Positions 37,379-46,452 of a stretch of DNA of 64,000 nucleotides are shown piece after piece. The notes beneath the pieces are model-generated. The model saw only the letters and a program-made list of their open reading frames with translations. It had not been told where the DNA came from and did no database searches. Position numbers and translations under genes: made by a program. This stretch comes from Beijerinckiaceae bacterium (lineage in GTDB: Bacteria; Pseudomonadota; Alphaproteobacteria; Rhizobiales; Beijerinckiaceae). How positions within the stretch are numbered: the stretch's first letter is position 1; each line of letters begins with the position of its first letter. The stretch is taken from contig CANGJJ010000012.1 in NCBI GenBank assembly GCA_947454485.1, positions 1,687-65,686 of the forward strand. The letters run 5' to 3'.

Positions 37379-37722
37379 CCTTCTCCCAATGGGAGAAGGT
37401 GCCCGCGGATGCGGGCGGATGAGGGGATCGGGAATTGCCGAGAGAGGCACATCACTCGCGCCTCATTCTGAGAGGCGCGATCCCCTCCTCAGTCGGCATC
37501 CGCCGACAGCTCCTCCCACTGGGAGGAGCGGGAGCCTCTTCTTGTGAGTGAGCAGCAAGCGCTGTTCACCCTTCTCCCAGAGGGAGAAGGTGCCCGCAGC
37601 GCGGGCGGATGAGGGGATCGGGTCTTAAACACAGAGGCTCACCGCGTTGTGCGCCTCTTCCTGCACCTCTCGATCCCCTCCTCAGTCGGCATCCGCCGAC
37701 AGCTCCTCCCACTGGGAGAAGG
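37379..37722. repeat. Mosaic palindromic repeat cluster 3: two tandem composite elements
   Basis: Copy 1 (37379-37545) differs from 14620-14787 at 8 positions (7 substitutions and 1 indel) by manual alignment. Copy 2 (37570-37722) has the same terminal modules but a different spacer. Palindromes lie at 37379-37399, 37509-37529, 37570-37590 and 37702-37722 (a hybrid). Confidence 0.9.
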
Positions 37723-37731
37723 GCACCCCTA

Positions 37732-37757
37732 CTGCCGACTGCCGACTGCCGACTGCC
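37732..37757. repeat. Heptanucleotide tandem repeat (CTGCCGA) about 3.7 units
   Basis: CTGCCGACTGCCGACTGCCGACTGCC read directly. It ends 2 nt before the stop codon (37760-37762) of the minus-strand TPP-enzyme gene. Confidence 0.9.
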
Positions 37758-37759
37758 CC

Positions 37760-39538
37760 TCACGCATAGCCCGGCAGGACGCGCACATCGACGACGACGC
37801 ATTTGCCCGCGTCGAGTTCCTTCACCGCTTCCTTCAGCACGCTGACAAGTTCGCTCGCATCCTTCACAGGGCCAAAGCCCACAGCGCCCTGACCGCGCGC
37901 GATGGTCGCCAGATCGAGTTCGGGATTGTCCATGCGCTGGCCAATCCATTTGTTCTCGACGGGGCGATTGCGGGTGCGCGCGACGCGCTCTTGATGCAGC
38001 TCGTCATTGTAGAAGGATTGGTTGTTGGTGATGATCATCAGCACCGGAATCTTGTAATGGACCGCGGTCCAGATCGCCGCGCAGCCCATCATATAATTAC
38101 CATCGCCAAAGACCGAGATCGGCAGGCGGCCGGAGTTCATCAGCGCCAAGGCAGCGCCAATGGAAATGCCGGGGCCGCTGCCAATGCCACCACCACCGTC
38201 AGAGCCGATATAATCAAGCGGATGACGGAAGTGCCAGCTCTGCGGATTGTAGGAGAGCGGCACTTGCAGCAGCGAGACATCGCGCCCTTCAGTTGCCAGA
38301 CGCAGACCATGGAACATCTGCGCCACAGAGATCGGGCCGCTGACAAGATCAGGGGACAGAGCTGCCTGACCCTTGCCGCTCACCGGCTTCCTGGGCTTGC
38401 CCTCAAGCGCGCGCGCCATCTCAGCGATGGCCAGATCCGTCTCGGCGGGAATGAACAGATCCACCGTCGGCAGCGCCATATAGTCCATGCTCCAGCCATT
38501 GTGCAGCACATGGTCGAGCGAGACCTGAATGACCTTGGCGCTCACTTCGCGCTCGCCAATCGCGGTCTTGATCGTGCCAGCCAGATCCACCCAATCAAGC
38601 GAGAGGATGACATCGGCCTGCTCAATCGCGCTGAGCACTTCTTTGGCGGGGCCAGACCCAAAGGCACCCACATGGAGCGGATGGTCAGTGGGGAAGGACG
38701 CACCAATCTTGGTGTCGGTGGCAACCTGCGCGCCAAGCTTTTCAGCAATGGCAACGAGATTGTTCCAAGCCTCAACCGAGCGCGACATACGGCCCGCCAG
38801 AATCAGCGGGCGCTTGGCGCTCAGCATCAGATCCATCGCGGCGCGGCACTGGCCAGCATCGGCATGCTGCGCGACGGGCGGCATATAGCGCTGCGGATTG
38901 ATGGGGGGCAGCGGCTCGGCCACGCTCTGCTCTTGCAGCTCCACATCAAGCACGACATAGGTCGGGCCCATGGGAGCAGTCTTGGCCTGCCAAGCAGCGC
39001 GCAGGATGGATTCACGCGCAGCGCCCACAGACCCGGGCTGATCGTCCCATTTCACATAATTGCGCACGAGCGCGGCTTGATCGCGCGATGTGTGAATCCA
39101 TTCAATCCACGGGCGGCGCTTGACCGCATCCACAATGCCTGTCGCGCCCAGAATAACGACCGGCATACGGTCACACCAAGCGTTGAAAATGGCCATGGTG
39201 GCGTGCATCAAGCCGACATTGGAATGAACGGCCACAGCCATCGGCTTGCCGGTGACTTTGGCATAGCCCTGCGCAATCGCGACTGTGTGTTCTTCATGCA
39301 GGCAGAGCAGCATTTTGGGGCTGTCATTGCCCAGATAATTCACGATGCTGTCGTGCAGACCGCGATAGCTCGCGCCAGGATTGAGAGCGATATAGGGAAC
39401 GTCGAGAGCCTGCAGCGTCTCTGCCATGACATCGCTGCCGAAGATGGCGGTTGAGCGCGTCGCCCCATTGGGCTCTTCCAGCCCCGGCGTCTGCGGTCCC
39501 AGCACCTTGCCTGCCCCCGGATCCTTACCACCGCTCAT
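37760..39538 (-). CDS. Thiamine-diphosphate-dependent enzyme (acetolactate synthase large subunit / benzoylformate decarboxylase superfamily)
   Basis: ORF track 37760..39574. The ATG at 39538 follows GAGGGAGG. The TPP motif is GDGNYMM-x22-ITNN. The N-terminal PYR domain contains ALNPGASYRGLHDS. Confidence 0.88.
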   Translation of the reverse strand: MSGGKDPGAGKVLGPQTPGLEEPNGATRSTAIFGSDVMAETLQALDVPYIALNPGASYRGLHDSIVNYLGNDSPKMLLCLHEEHTVAIAQGYAKVTGKPMAVAVHSNVGLMHATMAIFNAWCDRMPVVILGATGIVDAVKRRPWIEWIHTSRDQAALVRNYVKWDDQPGSVGAARESILRAAWQAKTAPMGPTYVVLDVELQEQSVAEPLPPINPQRYMPPVAQHADAGQCRAAMDLMLSAKRPLILAGRMSRSVEAWNNLVAIAEKLGAQVATDTKIGASFPTDHPLHVGAFGSGPAKEVLSAIEQADVILSLDWVDLAGTIKTAIGEREVSAKVIQVSLDHVLHNGWSMDYMALPTVDLFIPAETDLAIAEMARALEGKPRKPVSGKGQAALSPDLVSGPISVAQMFHGLRLATEGRDVSLLQVPLSYNPQSWHFRHPLDYIGSDGGGGIGSGPGISIGAALALMNSGRLPISVFGDGNYMMGCAAIWTAVHYKIPVLMIITNNQSFYNDELHQERVARTRNRPVENKWIGQRMDNPELDLATIARGQGAVGFGPVKDASELVSVLKEAVKELDAGKCVVVDVRVLPGYA

Positions 39539-39695
39539 CGAAACCTCCCTCGGGCCGCGTCGTGAATGCCTCATTTTTCCACGGCCTTCAGCGACAGTTG
39601 ACCGGACTTCTGCCAGCTGTCAAATGGAGCCAGCAACCAAGCGCAGCACCCCAAGAGTGCGGTGCAATATGGACGCTTTGCGGGAGAAACGGGCA

Positions 39696-40481
39696 ATGTG
39701 CACATCGGCTCACGGCGATTTCGGCGGCTTTTTTTCGGTGGTGGCAGACAAGCCCGGTGGTGGCAGCTCGCAGGCCTCGGCCAATCTCATCGAAGAACTG
39801 GCCATCGCCAATCGTATTTTGTTCCGCGAAGGCGTGGTGGATGGGTTCGGCCATGTGAGTGTGCGCAGCGATGCGGACCCCAGCCGCTATCTTCTGGCCC
39901 GCAATATGGCCCCTGCCCTCGTCACCCCCGACGACATTGTGGAGTTTGATCTCGACAGCCAGCCGCTCAATGCCAATGGGCGCGGCGTCTATCTCGAGCG
40001 CTTCATTCACGGCGAGATCTATCGCCGCCGCCCTGATGTGATTGCAGTGGTGCATAGCCATTCGCAAGCCGTCGTTCCCTTCGGCATCGTCAAGACCGCA
40101 AAATTCCGCGCCGTCTGCCATATGTCGAGCTTCTTGCCGATCTGCACGCCGGTGTTCGAAATCCGCGATAGCGAAGGTGAGGAGAATGATCTTCTGATTA
40201 CCTCCAACAAGCTCGGCGTCGCCCTTGCCGAAAAGCTTGGCGATGGCAGCTGCGTTTTGATGCGCGGCCATGGCTCAACCGTCGTTGGCTCGAGTGTGCG
40301 TGAAGCTGTGTTCCGCGCCGTCTATACCGAAGTGAATGCCAAGCTGCAGGCCGAGGCCATGCGCATGGGTGAAGTGACCTATCTGGGCGAAGGCGAGTTG
40401 AAGAAAGCCACCAAGACGATTGGCTCGCAAATCAATCGCGCGTGGGATTTCTGGCGCATGCGCGCTGAAGGCAAGATTTAA
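39696..40481 (+). CDS. Class II aldolase/adducin-family protein
   Basis: In-frame ATG of ORF 39426..40481, chosen because GGGAGAA lies 8 nt upstream (alternative ATG at 39669). DGFGHVSVR and the VVHSHSQAVVPF zinc-His motif are present. Confidence 0.8.
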   Translation: MCTSAHGDFGGFFSVVADKPGGGSSQASANLIEELAIANRILFREGVVDGFGHVSVRSDADPSRYLLARNMAPALVTPDDIVEFDLDSQPLNANGRGVYLERFIHGEIYRRRPDVIAVVHSHSQAVVPFGIVKTAKFRAVCHMSSFLPICTPVFEIRDSEGEENDLLITSNKLGVALAEKLGDGSCVLMRGHGSTVVGSSVREAVFRAVYTEVNAKLQAEAMRMGEVTYLGEGELKKATKTIGSQINRAWDFWRMRAEGKI

Positions 40482-40512
40482 ACTGACCTCAAGCTGACCA
40501 AAGGACGAAGAG

Positions 40513-41364
40513 ATGAAACTCTGCCGCTTTAACGACAATCGCCTCGGCCTTGTTCAGGGTGATCAGGTGTTGGATGTTACCTCCGCGCTCGAGGCTCTGC
40601 CAGCCTATCGCTATCCGCTGCCGCGCACCGACCAGCTCATCGAACATCTCGACATGCTGAAGCCGCGTATCGTGGAAGCTGCCAAGAGCGCCAAGTCGCT
40701 GCCGCTGTCGCAAGTGTCCTTCCTGCCGCCCGTTGCCAATCCGGGCAAGGTTGTTGCTGCGCCTGTCAACTACAAGGCGCATCTGGAAGAGTCGCGCGCG
40801 GATGTTGAGATCAATCACAATCGTCAGGTGATTGAGATCCAGACCATCGGCTTGTTCCTCAAGTCGACCTCCTCCATCGTGGGTGCGTCAGAAGGCGTGA
40901 CCATCACTTTTGATGATCGCCGCAACGATCATGAGATCGAGCTGGTCGCCATCATCGGCAAGCCCGCACGCAATGTGTCGAAGGAAGATGCGCTGAACTA
41001 TGTCGCTGGCTATTGTATCGGCCTCGACATGACGATCCGTGGGCCAGAAGAGCGCAGCCTGCGCAAGTCGCTCGACACTTTCACTGTGCTGGGTCCGTGG
41101 ATGGTGACGGCGGATGAATTTGGCGAGCCGTCGGGTCAGCAGATGGTGCTGACTGTCAATAATGAGCCGCGCCAGAATGCCAATACCAAAGATCTCATCA
41201 TGTCGGTGCGTGATTTGATTTCGTGGGGCTCCACTTTCTACACGCTGCAGCCCGGCGATATTTTGATGACGGGTACGCCCGAAGGCGTGAACCGCGTTGT
41301 GCGCGGCGACACGATCCATGCGACGATCGACAAGATCGGCGCCATGTCCGTGAAGGTGAAGTAA
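40513..41364 (+). CDS. Fumarylacetoacetate hydrolase (FAH) family protein
   Basis: 283 aa. HEIELVAIIGK, GLDMTIRG and GDILMTGTPEGV blocks. Confidence 0.88.
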   Translation: MKLCRFNDNRLGLVQGDQVLDVTSALEALPAYRYPLPRTDQLIEHLDMLKPRIVEAAKSAKSLPLSQVSFLPPVANPGKVVAAPVNYKAHLEESRADVEINHNRQVIEIQTIGLFLKSTSSIVGASEGVTITFDDRRNDHEIELVAIIGKPARNVSKEDALNYVAGYCIGLDMTIRGPEERSLRKSLDTFTVLGPWMVTADEFGEPSGQQMVLTVNNEPRQNANTKDLIMSVRDLISWGSTFYTLQPGDILMTGTPEGVNRVVRGDTIHATIDKIGAMSVKVK

Positions 41365-41367
41365 TCC

Positions 41368-42108
41368 ATGAGTGCAGGTGCGATGGGGTCCAATCAAGAT
41401 GCGATGCTGCGTATGCAGGTCGCCGCCACAACGCGCCTGCTGGTTATGGAAAATATCATGGACTATTCCGGCCATGTCGCGGTGCGCGCGCCTGGCCGGG
41501 ATGCCTTCTTCATTCAAAGCGCTGCCGAGCCGCGCTCTGATGTAACGCCGCACAGTGTTCTGCTCGTCGATTTCGACGGCAAGGTTCTGGAGGGCGAAGG
41601 CCGCCCGCCTTTTGAAATTCCGATCCATATCGAGATCTTCAAAGCACGGCCCGATGTCGAGGCGGTGGTTCACTGCCATATGGAACTCGCCATCTGGTTC
41701 ACCATGATGGAAGATGTGCAGCTGATGCCGATGCGGGCGCGCGCCATTCGCTGGCGCAGCGGCATCCCCACCGATGATGATCCAAGCCATATCAAAACAA
41801 CAGCGCAGGGCCGCAAACTCGCCGCCACTTTGGGGCCCCATCATGCGGCCTTGATGCGCGCGCATGGTTTGGTGCTGACCGCTGAATCGCTGCCAGCCCT
41901 CCTCGTAGATGCTGTGCATTTTGACGAGAATGCGCGCGCGCAATTTGAAGTGATGAAAGCTGGCAAAAAGCCCATGGGCCTCACTGAGGCTGAGATGGAG
42001 CTGGTGGAACATGGCGAAATGCGCGAATTCCACGTCGGTAAACTATGGGCCTATTATGTCCGTAAAGGAGTGAAGCAGGGCCTTTTGCCCGCTGACTGGC
42101 AGATCTAA
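41368..42108 (+). CDS. Class II aldolase/adducin-family protein (second copy)
   Basis: 246 aa. SGHVAVRAPG and VVHCHMELAIWF. 3-nt gap after the FAH gene. Confidence 0.82.
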   Translation: MSAGAMGSNQDAMLRMQVAATTRLLVMENIMDYSGHVAVRAPGRDAFFIQSAAEPRSDVTPHSVLLVDFDGKVLEGEGRPPFEIPIHIEIFKARPDVEAVVHCHMELAIWFTMMEDVQLMPMRARAIRWRSGIPTDDDPSHIKTTAQGRKLAATLGPHHAALMRAHGLVLTAESLPALLVDAVHFDENARAQFEVMKAGKKPMGLTEAEMELVEHGEMREFHVGKLWAYYVRKGVKQGLLPADWQI

Positions 42109-42131
42109 TCAGCCCTCACAAGGAGACGACC

Positions 42132-43088
42132 ATGCATGCTTTGGCACGGATCGCTGCAACAACAGCTTTGAGCTTGTTGGCAGCCCTACCCGCATTCGCA
42201 CAAGACAAACTCAAAGTCGCTGTTGGCCAGCGCGGTGTTTGGGAAAATGCCGTCTCTGAACTTGGTCAGGACGCTGGCATTTTCAAAAAGCACGGCCTGC
42301 AACTCGAAGTGCTCTATACGCAGGGCGGCGGTGAGACGCAGCAGGCTGTCATCTCCGGCAGTGTCGATATTGGCATTGGCGTTGGCACGCATGGCGTGAT
42401 GGGCGCTTATTCCAAGGGTGCGCCGGTGCGCATTCTGGGCGCGACCATGCGCGGCTATTATGAGCTGTGGTATGTGCCGGCCAATTCACCGATCAAGACG
42501 ATGAAGGATGCCGAGGGCAAGACGATTGCCTATTCGACCACCGGTTCGTCCACGCAGATCATGACCATCGCCTTTGGCAAACATTTTGGCGTCAATCTGA
42601 AGCCGACCCCCACCGGCAGCCCGCCCTCCACCTTCACACAGGCCATGAGCGGTCAGGTCGATATTGGTTGGACAGCACCGCCCTTGATGATTGATGCGCT
42701 GGAAGCAGGCCGCATCCGCATTCTGGCCAAGGGTGATGAAGTGCCCGAATTCCGCAACCAGCCGGTGCGCGTCATTCTGGCCAATGCCATCGCCTTGCAG
42801 AAGAACAAGGACGCCATGACCCGTTACATGGCCGCCTATCGCGAGACGATTGACTGGCTCTGGTCGAGCCCCGACGCGGTCAAGGCCTATGCGAAATGGG
42901 CCAATGTGTCGGAGGCGATTGCCATCCGCACACGCGATGAATTCGTGCAGAAGGATCGCGCCAATCCCGACAAGATCGATGGTATTGCTGAGATGAATGC
43001 GGACGCGGTGCAGTTCAAATTCATCCCTGCGCCCCTGACCAAGGAGCAGCTGAGCGAGCTCGTTCAGTTGCAACCTGCTCAGAAGTAA
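42132..43088 (+). CDS. Periplasmic substrate-binding protein, NMT1/SsuA-like family
   Basis: 318 aa. Signal peptide ...LAALPAFAQ/DK. Paralog of 36387..37340. Confidence 0.85.
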   Translation: MHALARIAATTALSLLAALPAFAQDKLKVAVGQRGVWENAVSELGQDAGIFKKHGLQLEVLYTQGGGETQQAVISGSVDIGIGVGTHGVMGAYSKGAPVRILGATMRGYYELWYVPANSPIKTMKDAEGKTIAYSTTGSSTQIMTIAFGKHFGVNLKPTPTGSPPSTFTQAMSGQVDIGWTAPPLMIDALEAGRIRILAKGDEVPEFRNQPVRVILANAIALQKNKDAMTRYMAAYRETIDWLWSSPDAVKAYAKWANVSEAIAIRTRDEFVQKDRANPDKIDGIAEMNADAVQFKFIPAPLTKEQLSELVQLQPAQK

Positions 43089-43155
43089 GGCACATCCCGA
43101 TTCCCCGCGCCGCCCACCAGAGGCGGCCGGGGACTTGAATAGGAGGGGCTACACT

Positions 43156-43623
43156 ATGGGTACACCTGCGGGCGAAGAGCCTAAACTTCTGATCCCGGCG
43201 CTGCAGCGCTTTTATGACTTCGCGATCCCTGCCTCTTGGGTCGTGGTGCGCTTTGGCGTGGGCTGGGTTTTGCTCGTCCATGGCTGGGGCAAGATCATGC
43301 GCGGCATGGAGGCCCAGAAGGGGGCGCTCGACAAGAGCGTGCCTTATCTTGCCGAATATAATCTGGCTTTGTCCTATCTCCTGACCTTCGTGGAAGGTCT
43401 GGGCGGTCTGTGCATCATCCTTGGTTTTGCGACGCGCTTCTTTGCGGCGGCCAATGCCATTGAGATGGCCTTCCTGACCTTTGTCATCTACTGGGGCAAT
43501 GGCTTCAGCTGGCTCAACAAGGGGTATGAATTCACCCTTCTGTGGGGCTTTATGTGTCTGGCCATCGCGCTGCGCGGTGGTGGGCCTTGGTCGCTGGACC
43601 GCCTGCTCGGCCGCGAACTCTAA
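43156..43623 (+). CDS. DoxX-family membrane protein
   Basis: ORF track 43135 (TTG). The ATG at 43156 lies 9 nt after AGGAGGGG. RFGVGWVLLVHGWGKI is a typical DoxX first helix. 4 TM segments. Confidence 0.8.
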   Translation: MGTPAGEEPKLLIPALQRFYDFAIPASWVVVRFGVGWVLLVHGWGKIMRGMEAQKGALDKSVPYLAEYNLALSYLLTFVEGLGGLCIILGFATRFFAAANAIEMAFLTFVIYWGNGFSWLNKGYEFTLLWGFMCLAIALRGGGPWSLDRLLGREL

Positions 43624-43632
43624 GAGCTTTGG

Positions 43633-43667
43633 AACGGCGGCGCTTTCGGGTTGCCGCCGTTTTTCTT
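43633..43667 (+). terminator. Rho-independent terminator after the DoxX gene
   Basis: AACGGCGGC-(11-nt loop)-GCCGCCGTT followed by TTTCTT. Confidence 0.6.
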
Positions 43668-43749
43668 GCGCGCTAAACATAGGTCTCTAAGTACGGGAGT
43701 CGTTCAGGCCCCGGCGACCCCATAAAAAGAAACGGGAAGGACCTTGCGC

Positions 43750-45003
43750 ATGACCGCAGCGACCGCCGCCCCTCAGGGCGATGTGAAGCGCTCTTTTGGC
43801 GAAGTCTGGCTCATCACCATCGGCCATGCGCTCACCCATTGGTATCCTGCGACTTTCTATGTGCTCGCCCCGCTGATCGGTCTTGAGCTCGGTCTCTCCT
43901 ATACGCAGATCGCCTCGATCACCGCTGCGCAGGCCATGGCGGGTGCGGTCTCCAATATTCCCGGCGGCATTTTGTGCGACTCGATTGGCCGCAAAGGTCT
44001 GCTCATGGCGACCTCGCTCGCCTGGATCGGCATCCCCTATGTCTTGATGGCGACCACCAGCACCTATTGGGTGCTGCTCGTCTGCGCCGTCATCATCGGC
44101 CTTGGCAATACTTTGTGGCATCCGACCGCTTTGCCGACTTTGGCGCAGCGCTTTCCTGAGCGCAAAGGCCTCGTCGTCTCCATTCACGGCATGGGCGGCA
44201 ATATTGGCGATGCGGTCGCCCCCTTTGTCGCGGGCCTTCTTCTCAGCGGCGTCGCGGTGGGAGGCTTTGCGCTCAGCTTCAATCTGAGCTGGCGGCAAGT
44301 GATGTTTGTGAATGTTGTTCCCGGTGTGCTCATGGCCTGCCTCATCTTCTGGCTGCTGGGCCGGATGGAGGTTGGCCACCCCAAGCAGGCCGAGAAGGGC
44401 ATGGCCCTCAACAAGGCACTCAGCGGCTTTGTGGGCCTGCTGCAGAACCGCACGCTCATGCTGCTGGCGATCAGCTCGGCCTTTCGCTCGGCGACGCAGG
44501 GCGCGCTGCTCGTCTTCGTGCCGCTCTATCTGGCCAATGACATGCATTATTCGCCCGTTGTCACCGGCGGCGTGATGATGGTGCTGCAATTGGCGGGCTT
44601 CATCGCGGCCCCGCTGGCGGGCGGCATGTCGGACAAGATGGGCCGTCGCAGCATTATGATGTCCTCGATCATGATGACGGGCGTTGTGCTCCTTGCCATG
44701 ATCTTTGCGGGCGGCTCGCCGTGGTTCGTCTTCTTCGTCGCGCTTTTGGGATTCTTCCTCTTTGCCATCCGCGCTGTGCTGCAGGCCTGGACGCTGGATG
44801 CGACCCCCAAAGGCATGGGCGGCTCGGCCATTGGCCTGCTCTTTGGCATTCAGGCGATTGGCGGGGCGATTGGCCCGCTGGTCTGCGGCCCGATTGCTGA
44901 GAATTATGGCCTCATCAACACATTCTACTTCATGGCCTTCTCGATCGTGCTGGCCAATCTCTTCGTCTTCTTCATCCCCAAGCCTGAGCCTGCTGCGGCT
45001 TGA
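43750..45003 (+). CDS. MFS transporter
   Basis: ORF track 43744 (TTG), ATG at 43750. About 12 TM segments. Motif-A-like blocks are GILCDSIGRKGLLM and GGMSDKMGRRS. Confidence 0.85.
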   Translation: MTAATAAPQGDVKRSFGEVWLITIGHALTHWYPATFYVLAPLIGLELGLSYTQIASITAAQAMAGAVSNIPGGILCDSIGRKGLLMATSLAWIGIPYVLMATTSTYWVLLVCAVIIGLGNTLWHPTALPTLAQRFPERKGLVVSIHGMGGNIGDAVAPFVAGLLLSGVAVGGFALSFNLSWRQVMFVNVVPGVLMACLIFWLLGRMEVGHPKQAEKGMALNKALSGFVGLLQNRTLMLLAISSAFRSATQGALLVFVPLYLANDMHYSPVVTGGVMMVLQLAGFIAAPLAGGMSDKMGRRSIMMSSIMMTGVVLLAMIFAGGSPWFVFFVALLGFFLFAIRAVLQAWTLDATPKGMGGSAIGLLFGIQAIGGAIGPLVCGPIAENYGLINTFYFMAFSIVLANLFVFFIPKPEPAAA

Positions 45004-45019
45004 GACTTCACACAGTTAA

Positions 45020-45046
45020 GGCCCCTCTCGCAGGGGCCTTTTCTTT
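45020..45046 (+). terminator. Rho-independent terminator after the MFS gene
   Basis: GGCCCCT-CTCGC-AGGGGCC followed by TTTTCTTT. Confidence 0.7.
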
Positions 45047-45109
45047 GCGCCCGCGCGGGGGCGTGATAATCTCACTTCAAAGTTCAACCCCGGGATGGAG
45101 CCTTCCCCA

Positions 45110-46144
45110 ATGACCGATGCCGTCACTGAGACGCGCCGCAAATATTACGACACTCTGGCGCCGCAAGCCCTCGCCCCTCTGTGGGAGGTGCTGAAGGGCC
45201 TCGTGCCCGCAGAGCCCAAGAGCAAATTCGCGCCCCATGTGTGGCAATTCGCCAAAGCAAAGCCCTTGCTGATGGAAGCTGGCAGCCTGCTCACCGCCGA
45301 AGAGGCTGAGCGCCGTGTGCTGGTGCTTGAAAACCCCGCCATGCCGGGTGGCTCGCGCATCACCGCGACCATGTATGCTGGCTATCAGCTCATCATGCCG
45401 GGCGAGATCGCGCCCGCCCATCGTCATACGGCCTCAGCGCTGCGCATGGTGCTCGAAGGCAATGGTGGCTACACGGCTGTGGCGGGTGAAAAGACACCCA
45501 TGAGCCGTGGCGACTTCATCATCACGCCGAGCTGGGGTTGGCATGACCACGGTCAGGAAAACCAGTCACCCGTGATCTGGGTCGATGGTCTTGATCTGCA
45601 TATGGTCAATTTCTATGAAGCCGCCTTCATGGATCATATGAATGACAAGAGCCAGATCCTCACCAAGAGCATCGGCCAGTCGGTGGCGGAATATGGTTCG
45701 GGCCTTGGCCCGATGAAACCGCATTCGCCCTTCGGTCTCACCACGCCGATCTTCAATTACACTTATGATCGCAGCCGCCCTGCTTTGATGCAGGTCGCCG
45801 AAAATACCGATCCTGATCCCCATCTTGGCTATGCGCTGCGCTATCTCAATCCGCTCACAGGCGACTGGGCCATGCCCACGATTGCAGCCTGGCTGTCGCA
45901 TCTGCCCAAGGGCTTTGAGACCAAGGCCATGCGCTCGACCGATGGTCGCTCCATTGTCGTGCTTGAGGGCGAGCTGACGCTTGATCTGGACGGCAAGACC
46001 TTCACCGCTGGCGAGAGCGATGTGGTGGCCATTCCCTCTTGGGTCTGGTCGCGTATCCGCGCCTCCAAAGATGCTGTGTTCTTCAGCTTCTCCGACCGCG
46101 CCGCGCAGGAGAAGATCGGGATCTATCGCGAAGAGCGGCAGTAA
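45110..46144 (+). CDS. Gentisate 1,2-dioxygenase (bicupin)
   Basis: ORF track 45095, ATG at 45110. YYDTLAPQALAPLWEVL...GEIAPAHRHTASALRMVLEG...GDFIITPSWGWHDHG are canonical GDO blocks. Confidence 0.88.
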   Translation: MTDAVTETRRKYYDTLAPQALAPLWEVLKGLVPAEPKSKFAPHVWQFAKAKPLLMEAGSLLTAEEAERRVLVLENPAMPGGSRITATMYAGYQLIMPGEIAPAHRHTASALRMVLEGNGGYTAVAGEKTPMSRGDFIITPSWGWHDHGQENQSPVIWVDGLDLHMVNFYEAAFMDHMNDKSQILTKSIGQSVAEYGSGLGPMKPHSPFGLTTPIFNYTYDRSRPALMQVAENTDPDPHLGYALRYLNPLTGDWAMPTIAAWLSHLPKGFETKAMRSTDGRSIVVLEGELTLDLDGKTFTAGESDVVAIPSWVWSRIRASKDAVFFSFSDRAAQEKIGIYREERQ

Positions 46145-46168
46145 GGGCGCAAGCCCTCGACTGAATGA

Positions 46169-46199
46169 AGGGCACCAGCGATGGTGCCCTTTTTATTTT
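46169..46199 (+). terminator. Rho-independent terminator after the gentisate dioxygenase gene
   Basis: AGGGCACC-AGCGAT-GGTGCCCT followed by TTTTATTTT. Confidence 0.8.
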
Positions 46200-46201
46200 G
46201 C

Positions 46202-46357
46202 CCTTCTCCCAGTGTGCGAAGGTGCCGCGCGATGGCGGCGGATGAGGGGACCGGGTGTTGGTCGAGTGAGACGCGCATCGACTGTGCTTGATTCTGACAG
46301 TCCAGATCCCCTCATCAGTCAGCTCCGCTGACAACTTCTCCCACTGGGAGAAGCGGG
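46202..46357. repeat. Mosaic palindromic repeat cluster 4 (partly degenerate)
   Basis: The AB-like module (46202-46255) has a broken first palindrome (CCTTCTCCCAGTGTGCGAAGG). The C-like module (46305-46357) ends in an intact CTTCTCCCACTGGGAGAAG (46335-46353). Confidence 0.85.
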
Positions 46358-46452
46358 CCACGTTCCCTTGGCCCCCCAATTGACCCCGCCAATCGCCCCG
46401 CTACACTCACTCTCGAAAGCTCGGCAAAAGAGCTTCAGTCAGGGAGGATATC

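Noticed and set aside
37649-39454. 601-aa plus-strand ORF
   Set aside because: It is antisense to the ThDP enzyme, which has a clear GDG...NN motif and a strong SD. It begins inside the repeat cluster and has an Arg/His/Ala-rich composition, so it is a shadow ORF.
40888-42033. 381-aa minus-strand ORF; likewise 43687..44589, 51564..52994, 59047..60030, 50081..51130, 53085..53975 and 28..675
   Set aside because: All lie opposite confidently assigned genes and have low-complexity Arg/His/Gly-rich translations without family signatures.
14620-46357. Possibility that the repeated ~21-bp palindromes form a CRISPR array
   Set aside because: The units are in four separate clusters with irregular spacing. 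The 'spacers' are themselves conserved repeat modules. Two palindrome variants alternate, and no cas genes are present.
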